The notes beneath the pieces were generated by a model. The model saw only the letters and a program-made list of their open reading frames with translations. It ran no database searches and had not been told where the DNA came from. The translations under genes and the position numbers were made by a program. From an uncultured Actinomycetes bacterium (GTDB lineage: Bacteria > Actinomycetota > Actinomycetes > Nanopelagicales > Nanopelagicaceae): 57,063 bases of DNA. The DNA lies in NCBI GenBank assembly GCA_903933585.1, contig CAIZKO010000107.1, positions 1 to 57,063 on the forward strand, read 5' to 3'. Below are positions 28,902 through 36,921 of this stretch, piece by piece (the stretch's first letter is position 1; each line of letters starts with the position of its first letter).

Positions 28902-29720
28902 CTACTTCTGTGCGCCGATCGTGGCAGGGTGAATTATAAAGAGAGGCAGTTCGCGCTTCTTGTTCTCTTTGGCAAGAGCCGCGATGGCTTCAATTCGTGC
29001 ATCGCAATACTTCTTAAGTTCGGCATAACCCGCAGCACCCATGAGTGCAATCAACTCGTTGTTGTTAGAAATGTAAACCGGTTCGCGACCGACATGAGCT
29101 TCGGTATTGGCTGTGCAATACCAAGAGAATTCTGCGCCACCATCGCCCCAGGCGAGGCGCTCGTACTCTCCGATTACCGTTACAGATATCTCTTGCTCGC
29201 CAAATTCTCGCGTCTCAAAGGAGCGGCGAATCGGAAGTTGCCAGCAGACATCGGGTTTGGTCTCAACAAAATGTACGTCTTCCTTCTGGGCGAGGTGGTG
29301 CAAGACGCAACCGAAACTACCGGTGAACCCTGCCGCCTCGTACCCCTTACGATTGAGGAAGATGCAGGAATCTTCTACCTTGCGCGTCTTACGATCTCCA
29401 TCGAGACCTACCTCGGATATTCGTAACTTCCCCTTAGATTTCTTAGGTTGGGCTTCGTCAAAATATTGCCACATCTCTGGGGTTAAACGCTCAGCGACCT
29501 TTAGCGTGCGCGCCTCATCTTCGCCATCTGAGTAATAAGCGCCATCAGAGCAACATCCAGCATCGGGCTTATCGGCATCAATCCCGCAGCACCCAGCACC
29601 ATAGATGCACTGCCAATAGGAGGTAAGCCACGTCAGGTCACAACGGAAGAGCTCCTCAGGTTTTGCGGGGTCGGCAAATTCCACGAAATCACGCGCAAAT
29701 CCATCTTTTACTTCTGGCAT
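28902..29720 (-). CDS. cysteine-cluster protein of unknown function (possible metal/Fe-S binding, loosely YkgJ/CxxCxxCC-like)
   Basis: Cys-rich N-terminus, C-x10-C-x5-CC-x10-CC (CDLTWLTSYWQCIYGAGCCGIDADKPDAGCC), plus CIFLN...GCVLHH. Ends 6 nt upstream of radA. ATG 29720 is preferred over ATG 29786, which would abut or overlap the proC start. Confidence 0.45.
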   Translation of the reverse strand: MPEVKDGFARDFVEFADPAKPEELFRCDLTWLTSYWQCIYGAGCCGIDADKPDAGCCSDGAYYSDGEDEARTLKVAERLTPEMWQYFDEAQPKKSKGKLRISEVGLDGDRKTRKVEDSCIFLNRKGYEAAGFTGSFGCVLHHLAQKEDVHFVETKPDVCWQLPIRRSFETREFGEQEISVTVIGEYERLAWGDGGAEFSWYCTANTEAHVGREPVYISNNNELIALMGAAGYAELKKYCDARIEAIAALAKENKKRELPLFIIHPATIGAQK

Positions 29721-29728
29721 AGTGCGAG

Positions 29729-29734
29729 AGCCTA
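29729..29734 (-). promoter_or_regulatory. -10-like hexamer TAGGCT (minus strand), 8 nt upstream of ATG 29720
   Basis: The plus strand reads agccta. Divergent partner of the proC hexamer. Confidence 0.3.
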
Positions 29735-29790
29735 CTAGTGCAATGCGACAGGAGCTGACCCACCAGCGCCCCTTGGGTAGCGCCATTGGC

Positions 29791-29796
29791 TAGGCT
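29791..29796 (+). promoter_or_regulatory. -10-like hexamer TAGGCT, 7 nt upstream of proC GTG 29804
   Basis: TAGGCTaactcccGTG. Confidence 0.3.
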
Positions 29797-29803
29797 AACT
29801 CCC

Positions 29804-30616
29804 GTGAATCAGATCGCCATCAAGAGCGCCAGAGTTGGCCTTATCGGTGTGGGCAATATGGGTGAAGCGCTCCTCGTGGCCTTGCTGAAGGCAGGGTGCC
29901 CAGCTGGCCAGATCAATTTTGCAGTGCGCCGTGCGGAGCGGAGCGCTGAGCTACAAGAGCGCTATGGAATTACCGCTGCATCCATCGAAGAGATGGCTTC
30001 CACCTGCGATGTCTTGATGATTATCGTAAAGCCCCAAGATTTAGCGGAGATCATGGAACGCGTCGCGCCTACCCTCAAAACTGGTGCATTAGTTATCTCA
30101 TTCTTAGCAGGAAAGAAGATCGCTACTCTAGAAACAGGACTAGGTGGACCTGCGGTTGTACGGGTAATGCCCAACACTCCAACACTCTTAGGTGCAGGCA
30201 TGGCGATCGTCTCCTTCGGCAGCGCCGTTCGGCCAGATCAAAGAGTATTCGTCACAGATTTCTTAGCAGCGGCTGGCAAGAGCATTGAAGTCGCAGAACC
30301 GCTGCAAGATGCAGCTACCGCAACCAGTGGGTCGGGACCAGCTTACTTTTTTGCCTTCGTTGAAGCGATGGTTGCAGGTGCTATGGATATGGGCATCGAT
30401 GAGGCAACGGCCACTGCATTAGTGATCCAAACCATTGTTGGCGCAGCCAAGATGTTGGATGAAACTGGTAAGAGCGCAACTACTCTCCGTGAAAATGTTA
30501 CGAGCCCCAAAGGGGTTACATATGAGGGCTTGAAAGTATTGAGTGAAGGCGACCTACAAGGGCTGGTTCTTCGAGCAATGAACGCGGCGGCTGACCGTTC
30601 GCGCGCGATGGCGTGA
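29804..30616 (+). CDS. proC: pyrroline-5-carboxylate reductase
   Basis: Rossmann motif VGLIGVGNMGEAL and ...SPKGVTYEGL.... GTG 29804 is preferred. TTG 29786 is the ORF-track start. Confidence 0.85.
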   Translation: MNQIAIKSARVGLIGVGNMGEALLVALLKAGCPAGQINFAVRRAERSAELQERYGITAASIEEMASTCDVLMIIVKPQDLAEIMERVAPTLKTGALVISFLAGKKIATLETGLGGPAVVRVMPNTPTLLGAGMAIVSFGSAVRPDQRVFVTDFLAAAGKSIEVAEPLQDAATATSGSGPAYFFAFVEAMVAGAMDMGIDEATATALVIQTIVGAAKMLDETGKSATTLRENVTSPKGVTYEGLKVLSEGDLQGLVLRAMNAAADRSRAMA

Positions 30617-31506
30617 ATAGAGCGCTCCTTCTCGGTACCGCGCTCGCGCTCGCAATTGCAGCGCCGGTTCAAGCGGCAACCAAAGTTCCACCTATTGCGC
30701 TGACTCCACTCGCACCTACCGTCACAACCAATTTCTCCGGCGGGGACGAAGTTCACAAGCTCATTAGCTCGCCGTCAGGGATATTTCTCATTGGCACCAT
30801 CGAATCCACCACTTCACCGCTTGTTACTTCACCCGCTCTCGGGGGGAGCGATGGATTTATTACCGCGCTCAATTCGCAGGGTGCCAAACTCTGGGAGCTG
30901 CGCTTGGGCACGCCAGGGGATGATGTGGCAACCGCCGGATGTATGGACGCTTCTGGCACTATCTGGGTGGCCGGTTCATCCGCAATCGCAGCCAACAGTT
31001 CTACTCCTGCCCCAGGACTGAACCGACTTACCATTTGGGAGATAAGCGCCAGCGGACTGCTCGAAAATACATTTACTAAGGATGTTGGGGATATTGATAT
31101 TCCAACAGCGATTGCGCTCAAAGGCGTCAATTTTATAATTCAGGGAGTATCAAATAAGTCGGGCCTTCCTGGCTTTGCCGTCTCCCTTACTCCACTTGGA
31201 AAGATCGGAACCATTAAAAATGGCGCTACCTCCGTTGTAACTTCCCCGCAGATTTTAAACGCAGCGAGCGCCGCATATAGTTGGCAGAGTTATGTGGCAG
31301 CTAAATCCATTACTGGAGTAACTGGACTTCCTGTCAGTCAGAAGACTCTCGTGCTGATTAAGAGCACGCTAAAAACCAAACTCATGAAGGCCATCTATTC
31401 GATCACAGGCAGACCGATCTCGTTGCAATATCAGAGTGGAGTTGGAGTCATTGAATTGTCGCAAGGTTCTGGAACTTATTTCGTGACGATTATTCACACC
31501 AAATAA
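30613..31506 (+). CDS. secreted protein with SBBP-like beta-propeller repeat, function unknown
   Basis: Signal peptide MNRALLLGTALALAIAAPVQA. GGSDGFITALNSQGAKLWELRLGTPGDDVATAGCMDASGTIWVAGS resembles the SBBP beta-propeller repeat. The GTG start overlaps the proC stop (GTGA). Confidence 0.5.
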   Translation: MNRALLLGTALALAIAAPVQAATKVPPIALTPLAPTVTTNFSGGDEVHKLISSPSGIFLIGTIESTTSPLVTSPALGGSDGFITALNSQGAKLWELRLGTPGDDVATAGCMDASGTIWVAGSSAIAANSSTPAPGLNRLTIWEISASGLLENTFTKDVGDIDIPTAIALKGVNFIIQGVSNKSGLPGFAVSLTPLGKIGTIKNGATSVVTSPQILNAASAAYSWQSYVAAKSITGVTGLPVSQKTLVLIKSTLKTKLMKAIYSITGRPISLQYQSGVGVIELSQGSGTYFVTIIHTK

Positions 31507-31507
31507 T

Positions 31508-33892
31508 TTAAATGGCTTTAAAAAGTTGTAACTTTCCGCTAACACCTACGAGCGCGTAGCGAACCTTGTTGATGGTAATCCATGATGCACTCAATGTGTT
31601 AACTAGAGTGGCAGCAGTAACGAGTGAGACGGTCATATCATTGTTGTTGAAAGCACATAATCGATTCTGACAATTAAAAAGTGTATGTAACCCATCACTG
31701 TGGAGCGGTGCGCTTGGAGTGCCATAGATATCAGTGCTTGCAGATATGACGGGACCCGAATTTGAGATATCCATCAACCGCAATTGATTTGGATCGGGTA
31801 TTGAGGTACCGCTGGCAGCCATCCAAACTCCGGTCACATCTTTTCCGACGAGCGCAAGCGACACGTCATAGCCAGCCACAGCAACATCCCCGCCATAAGT
31901 ATCTAGGGCGGTGTACTGCCAATCCTCTGGATAGGGACTGGCTCGAGTAGCGAGCCTAACTTCGCCTTGCAGCGCCTGTTTCTGACGATTGACTTGCAGA
32001 ATTGAATCGTAAAGTAGGTAGATCGATCGTCCCACGTTAAGAGCTTTGAGATGGAACCCAACGTCTCCGGTGGTGCGCCCATTTGTTGTGGAATCACCAT
32101 CGACAACTTGATAGGCCCACTTGCCGATTGATGCTCCCTGCTGGACCGCAGCCAAGACGATGCCTTCGCCCTGGTCGCGATAGAAAATTTGCACTCCATC
32201 TGGTGTATCAACGCAGGCGCTGGCCCCGCTGACATCACTTGCGGTGCGAACTCGATTGGGGTCTGAATATTTAACGATTGAAGTTCCATTGCCGTCCACG
32301 ACTGAGTAAGTCCAGGTTTTTCCGTTGTAACCCGCATAACGCAGTTGCCTACTGAGCATATCCGCGTAGACAATATCAAGCCTCTGATTCTTACCCGTCG
32401 CGGAGGTGCATACTGCCAAGTTACCGGCGACATCATCCTTGGTCCGTCCGCCTAAGCTGGAATTTCCATCTATGACGCTCTTAATCCAAACCTTGCCATT
32501 CCAGATTGCCAGCTTGATATCTCCAGCTTTGCCATCCGTGTATACAACTGTGGGGGCGCCTCTAAATGTGGTCGTGGCTAAGAACTTTGCGTCAGCGCTC
32601 GGATCCATCACTGCCGATTTCCAAGGCGCCTGTGGGAATATCGCATTGGTTGTCTGTGCTGGAGAAATGCCTAGTTGATTGATTGCTGTCACCGAGAATG
32701 AGTAATGCGATCCATTCTTCAGTCCGGTCACCGTTACAGGACTTGTCTCCGCCTGAATATTCGCGCCAGTTTCGTTTACGGTAATTGAATAGGAAATAAC
32801 TTGAGCGGTTCGCGCGTTTTCTGGGGGATCGAAACTGACTATGGCGGACCTATCTCCGACTATTGCATATACATTGCGCGGAGAGCCCGGTATTCCAGCG
32901 GGAATTCCGGGAGCAGGCTTTAATCGCATATCAGCCAACATGCCGAGCAGGAGCGGACCCGGAGTATGGAAAACTGCGCCGGAGGGCCAAGAAGGCGACA
33001 TCAGTGCGTTGGCGCCGCTATTTTGAAATGTACTTTGATCCAGATGACTTATCGAAGAGCCGGCTTGATATGGAGTAGGTGTGTACAAGCGCGGTTTGAT
33101 TCCATTATTCGCCGCGATGCCATTCTTCCCCGACCAGACCAACGGACTTTGGAATGCGGCTCCCAACTCTGCAGAAGGTGATGCCACATCCATAAGGCGT
33201 CCCCCGTCTGGAGTTTGGGCGTACGCGTCAAATGGGGTGGGCTGGTCGATGCTCCCATATTGCGAGAAGGGATCGAAAGAGTCGTTGGAGAGGAAACCTA
33301 GTCCGTGAGCAACTTCATGCAAGATGATCGACTCTAAGTCATAGAGATTTGGCGGACAGTTTCCATCCGTCCCAAGATAGAAAGAGTTGACCATGGTCGC
33401 GTTGATATTAATTGATATCTCAGGGTTGGCGGGATCAAGGTCTTTCCCGGCGAGGGCATTTGCCATTGCAGAGGAGTACCAGAGCGTTGGATCGGGGGCA
33501 CCGGTAAAGTTGTGAAAGAAGCTGACAGGGGAGGCCGAAGCTAAGATCCCCGATGTACCTTGTTGAACGAAATTAGCAACGACGTTAACGGGAACAGATG
33601 AACTCCAATTATCTGACCAGATATCAATCGCCGCCTGGACGGCGTTCTGTTCCAAGACCGGCACATTTACATAATTAACTTTGATGTTGCTCAGAATTCC
33701 GACCTGCATGCCGACCGGTATTGGCCCTGCGGAATTTACTTTTGGCGATACGGCGGTATTTCCAGAGCGATAGAAATTTACCCAAGGAGCGGGAACCTTC
33801 TCTACGACAAGGGCTTGCGCCGGAGTGATGCTAGAGAGAGTGGATAGAAAGAGGGCGGCGAGCAGGGTTTTTACTAGATTTTTGGCTCGCAT
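31508..33892 (-). CDS. large secreted multidomain protein: HExxH zincin-like domain, FN3 domain, C-terminal degenerate blade repeats
   Basis: Starting at ATG 33892 gives the signal peptide MRAKNLVKTLLAALFLSTLSSITPAQA. IILHEVAHGLGF lies at 33305..33319 and SISHLD downstream. FN3-like segment ...SPRNVYAIVGDRSAIVSFDPP...HYSFSVTAINQLG.... Repeats contain W.Y.V(V/I)DG. Confidence 0.6.
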   Translation of the reverse strand: MRAKNLVKTLLAALFLSTLSSITPAQALVVEKVPAPWVNFYRSGNTAVSPKVNSAGPIPVGMQVGILSNIKVNYVNVPVLEQNAVQAAIDIWSDNWSSSVPVNVVANFVQQGTSGILASASPVSFFHNFTGAPDPTLWYSSAMANALAGKDLDPANPEISININATMVNSFYLGTDGNCPPNLYDLESIILHEVAHGLGFLSNDSFDPFSQYGSIDQPTPFDAYAQTPDGGRLMDVASPSAELGAAFQSPLVWSGKNGIAANNGIKPRLYTPTPYQAGSSISHLDQSTFQNSGANALMSPSWPSGAVFHTPGPLLLGMLADMRLKPAPGIPAGIPGSPRNVYAIVGDRSAIVSFDPPENARTAQVISYSITVNETGANIQAETSPVTVTGLKNGSHYSFSVTAINQLGISPAQTTNAIFPQAPWKSAVMDPSADAKFLATTTFRGAPTVVYTDGKAGDIKLAIWNGKVWIKSVIDGNSSLGGRTKDDVAGNLAVCTSATGKNQRLDIVYADMLSRQLRYAGYNGKTWTYSVVDGNGTSIVKYSDPNRVRTASDVSGASACVDTPDGVQIFYRDQGEGIVLAAVQQGASIGKWAYQVVDGDSTTNGRTTGDVGFHLKALNVGRSIYLLYDSILQVNRQKQALQGEVRLATRASPYPEDWQYTALDTYGGDVAVAGYDVSLALVGKDVTGVWMAASGTSIPDPNQLRLMDISNSGPVISASTDIYGTPSAPLHSDGLHTLFNCQNRLCAFNNNDMTVSLVTAATLVNTLSASWITINKVRYALVGVSGKLQLFKAI

Positions 33893-33928
33893 AGATAAAA
33901 ATCTTAGTCCTCTGAGAGGATAGATACC

Positions 33929-34174
33929 ATGCGCCAAGTTCAGATCTACTCCAGGCAGGGTTGCCATCTCTGCGAGGAGGCGCTGCGAACCTTAGAAGTT
34001 CTGCAGAAAGAACTGAACTTTGAAATTGAAGAGATATTTATCGATGGCGACCCTGATCTTGAGTACAAATATGGGGAGCAGGTGCCGGTGATTCAGATTG
34101 ACCAGCAACCGCATGACTTCTTTACCGTCAATCCAGCGCGATTCCGAAAATTCTTCGGAGAACTCCAAAAATAG
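33929..34174 (+). CDS. glutaredoxin-like small thiol-disulfide protein
   Basis: 81 aa with a CHLC (CxxC) motif near the N-terminus and ...VPVIQID..., consistent with a thioredoxin fold. Confidence 0.7.
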   Translation: MRQVQIYSRQGCHLCEEALRTLEVLQKELNFEIEEIFIDGDPDLEYKYGEQVPVIQIDQQPHDFFTVNPARFRKFFGELQK

Positions 34175-34189
34175 TTAAAACTAGATAAA

Positions 34190-35839
34190 TTAATTATCCT
34201 TAGAGAGAATCTCATCGGCGTCGATGATGCGATATGCATAACCCTGCTCCGCCAAGAAACGTTGACGATTCTGTGCAAAGTCTTGATCGATAGTGTCTCT
34301 TGCCACAAGTGAGTAGAAGCGGGCGCTACGTCCATCAGCTTTAGGACGCAAGATTCGTCCGAGTCGTTGCGCCTCTTCTTGCCTGGAGCCGAAGGTTCCT
34401 GAGACTTGAATTGCAATCGTCGCATCTGGGAGATCGATAGAGAAGTTGGCAACTTTAGAGACAACCAAACACTTTATGTCACCGCTTCGATAGAGATTAA
34501 AGAGTCGTTCGCGTTCTTTGACAGGAGTATCCCCTTTAATAACTGGTACACCTAGTTCGGCGCCGAGTGCATCGATCTGATCTAAGTATTGACCAATAAC
34601 GAGAACTTGATCTTCAGCATGTGCTCTGGCTAACGCGATCGCCACATTGTGCTTCGTCTGCGTCGTTGAGCAGAAACGATAACGATCTTCCTGTTCCGCA
34701 GTCGCGTAGTTGAGGCGCTCTTCCTCGGTAAGGGTAATGCGGACCTCAACGCAATCTGCTGGCGCAATATAACCTTGGGATTCAATCTCTTTCCAAGGAA
34801 CATCAAAGCGTTTAGGACCAATGAGTGAGAAGACTTCGCCCTCCATCCCATCTTCACGGACTAAAGTTGCAGTGAGTCCGAGGCGGCGCCGCGACTGAAT
34901 ATCTGCGGTGAAGCGGAAGATCGGAGCAGGCAGAAGATGAACTTCATCGTAAATAATTAATCCCCAGTCGATGGCATCAAATAGATCGAGGTGCGAGTAG
35001 ACGCCGTTGCGACGCATGGTCATTACTTGATAAGTCGCAATCGTTACTGGGCGGATCTCTTTCTTCGCTCCGGAGTACTCTCCTATGTCATCCTCGTGCA
35101 AAGTAGTGCGACGTAACAGTTCATCGCGCCACTGGCGGGCGGCAACAGTATTAGTCACCAAGATCAACGTTGTTGCTTTAGCGTGCGCCATCGCGGCAGC
35201 GCCGACGATTGTCTTGCCGGCTCCACAGGGGAGAACCACAACACCAGAACCGCCATGCCAGAATCCTTCAGCGGCCATCGCCTGATACTTGCGAATCGAC
35301 CAACCCTCCTCCTTGAGGGCAATCTCATGATGTTCACCATCGACATAACCGGCAAAGTCCTCCGCGGGCCAGCCCAGTTTAAGTAAAGCTTGTTTTAGAA
35401 AACCGCGTTGGCCCGGATGGACTACCAGGGTTTCATCATCGATCTGAAGTCCAAGCATCGGTGCAATCTTCTTGCCGCGAGTAACTTCGCGGAGTACTGC
35501 AGGATCATTGGAGACCAAGGTGAGGCCGTGCACGGGATGAGCTTCCAACCTCAAACGTCCGTAGCGCGACATGGTCTCGGCAATATCGATGAGCAGAGCA
35601 TGTGGAACCGCAAAGCGTGAATACTTCAAGAGGGTATCAACCACTCGCTCTGCATCCAGTCCCGCAGCTCGTGCATTCCAAAGCCCCAGCGGGGTCAAAC
35701 GATAGGTATGAATGTGCTCTGGTGACTTTTCTAGCTCGGCAAAGGATGCAATCGCCCTACGGCATTCGTCAGAGAGCGGATGGTCGATATCGAGAAGCAG
35801 AGTCTTATCACTCTGAACAATCAGTGGGCCATCGGCCAT
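34190..35839 (-). CDS. XPB/ERCC3-type DNA repair helicase (SF2)
   Basis: N-terminal damage-recognition-like module (LIVQSDKTLLLD...), Walker A VLPCGAGKT, DEVH box, RED motif (TLVREDG), helicase C-domain. The start overlaps the M20 stop (TAATG). Confidence 0.85.
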   Translation of the reverse strand: MADGPLIVQSDKTLLLDIDHPLSDECRRAIASFAELEKSPEHIHTYRLTPLGLWNARAAGLDAERVVDTLLKYSRFAVPHALLIDIAETMSRYGRLRLEAHPVHGLTLVSNDPAVLREVTRGKKIAPMLGLQIDDETLVVHPGQRGFLKQALLKLGWPAEDFAGYVDGEHHEIALKEEGWSIRKYQAMAAEGFWHGGSGVVVLPCGAGKTIVGAAAMAHAKATTLILVTNTVAARQWRDELLRRTTLHEDDIGEYSGAKKEIRPVTIATYQVMTMRRNGVYSHLDLFDAIDWGLIIYDEVHLLPAPIFRFTADIQSRRRLGLTATLVREDGMEGEVFSLIGPKRFDVPWKEIESQGYIAPADCVEVRITLTEEERLNYATAEQEDRYRFCSTTQTKHNVAIALARAHAEDQVLVIGQYLDQIDALGAELGVPVIKGDTPVKERERLFNLYRSGDIKCLVVSKVANFSIDLPDATIAIQVSGTFGSRQEEAQRLGRILRPKADGRSARFYSLVARDTIDQDFAQNRQRFLAEQGYAYRIIDADEILSKDN

Positions 35840-36909
35840 TAAATTAATTCCTTAATGAGCCCCGCGATAAGCGAGATCCTGGTTTCGATTCGACTAGCAA
35901 AGATATGTTCGTGAGCAGCGTGTGCGCCATACCCAGAGGCCCCCAGCCCATCCAACACTTTTCCACCAACAGCTGCTGCCAAATTTCCATCACTGGCTCC
36001 GCCGACTGATACGTGACCTACTGGTGGCAGACCTAACTTCTTAGCAACGGATTCAATTAATTCGTATAGCTCTGCAGTTGCGGTGTGCTCGAGCGGTGGT
36101 CGATTGATTCCGCCAGTTATTTCGATCTTGGCTTCTGGATGTAATGGTTGCAGCGCCTTGATTGCTACATCAATGCGATCTAGTTCGGCAGATAGGAAGG
36201 AACGCGCATCGACATCAAGCGAAGCGGTCGCTGGAACAGTATTGGTTGTAGAGCCAGAGTGCATCAACGTTGGAACTACGGTAGTTCCATGTTCGTTATT
36301 TTCAAGCGCACCCAGCGCCAGTGCAATTCGTGAAATTTCGGTGGTTGCGTTGATTCCCTTTTCGGGTTCGAGTCCAGCATGGGCGGCGCGACCGTGAATC
36401 GTGATGCGATACATTGAAGTACCTTTACGACCAATTTTAACTGTGTCATCAATGGATGATTCAAAGACGAGAGTCGCTTTCGCAGACTTAGCGAGACGTT
36501 CGATCAATTCACGAGACGAATGCGAACCAACCTCTTCATCGGTTGTCCCGATCAGTGCGATTTTTTCGAAGGCTGCTGGAATATCTTTGATGGCATACAT
36601 AGCTTGTAGGAAGCCGGCCTTCATATCGAAGATTCCCGGGCCGAAGATCTGATCTCCATCTACGCGCCAGAGCGGAAGATATGAGTCAGTCGGCCAAACG
36701 GTATCGAGGTGACAGAGCAGGACTACTTCAGGTGTTTGGGATCCCCACCAGAAGACCGGGCGACCACCTTCCTGGGTAATACGCGCTGCGTTGGGGAGGT
36801 TTCTGGCGGCGATCTGCACCGCTAACTCAACAACCTTGCTACAGGCAGCGAGATCTTCACTAGGAGATTGGCACTCCACGAGTTCTTGTAGCTCAGCGAG
36901 GAAAGTCAT
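35839..36909 (-). CDS. M20-family metallopeptidase/deacylase
   Basis: M20 metal-binding pattern (...LLCHLDTVWP..., ...GIFDMKAG..., ...GTTDEEVGS...) and a dimerisation insert. 356 aa. Confidence 0.8.
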   Translation of the reverse strand: MTFLAELQELVECQSPSEDLAACSKVVELAVQIAARNLPNAARITQEGGRPVFWWGSQTPEVVLLCHLDTVWPTDSYLPLWRVDGDQIFGPGIFDMKAGFLQAMYAIKDIPAAFEKIALIGTTDEEVGSHSSRELIERLAKSAKATLVFESSIDDTVKIGRKGTSMYRITIHGRAAHAGLEPEKGINATTEISRIALALGALENNEHGTTVVPTLMHSGSTTNTVPATASLDVDARSFLSAELDRIDVAIKALQPLHPEAKIEITGGINRPPLEHTATAELYELIESVAKKLGLPPVGHVSVGGASDGNLAAAVGGKVLDGLGASGYGAHAAHEHIFASRIETRISLIAGLIKELI

Positions 36910-36915
36910 GGGGTA

Positions 36916-36921
36916 AGCCTA
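36916..36921 (-). promoter_or_regulatory. -10-like hexamer TAGGCT (minus strand), 6 nt upstream of M20 peptidase ATG 36909; its TAG is the stop codon of the upstream 719-aa gene
   Basis: The minus strand reads ...GCC AAC TAG GCT TAC CCC ATG.... Confidence 0.35.

Noticed and set aside
28054-28932. A 292-aa ORF on the plus strand antisense to radA. Similar long antisense or alternate-frame ORFs occur at 28806..29426, 39399..39953, 38258..38755, 12491..12985, 18299..18784, 47359..47811, 16440..16847, 30343..30756, 40686..41102 and 31903..32436.
   Set aside because: Each lies entirely inside a strongly supported gene on the opposite strand or in another frame. Their translations are Arg/Ser/Pro/Ala-rich and low-complexity, with no recognisable motifs. 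This is typical of shadow ORFs produced by codon bias.
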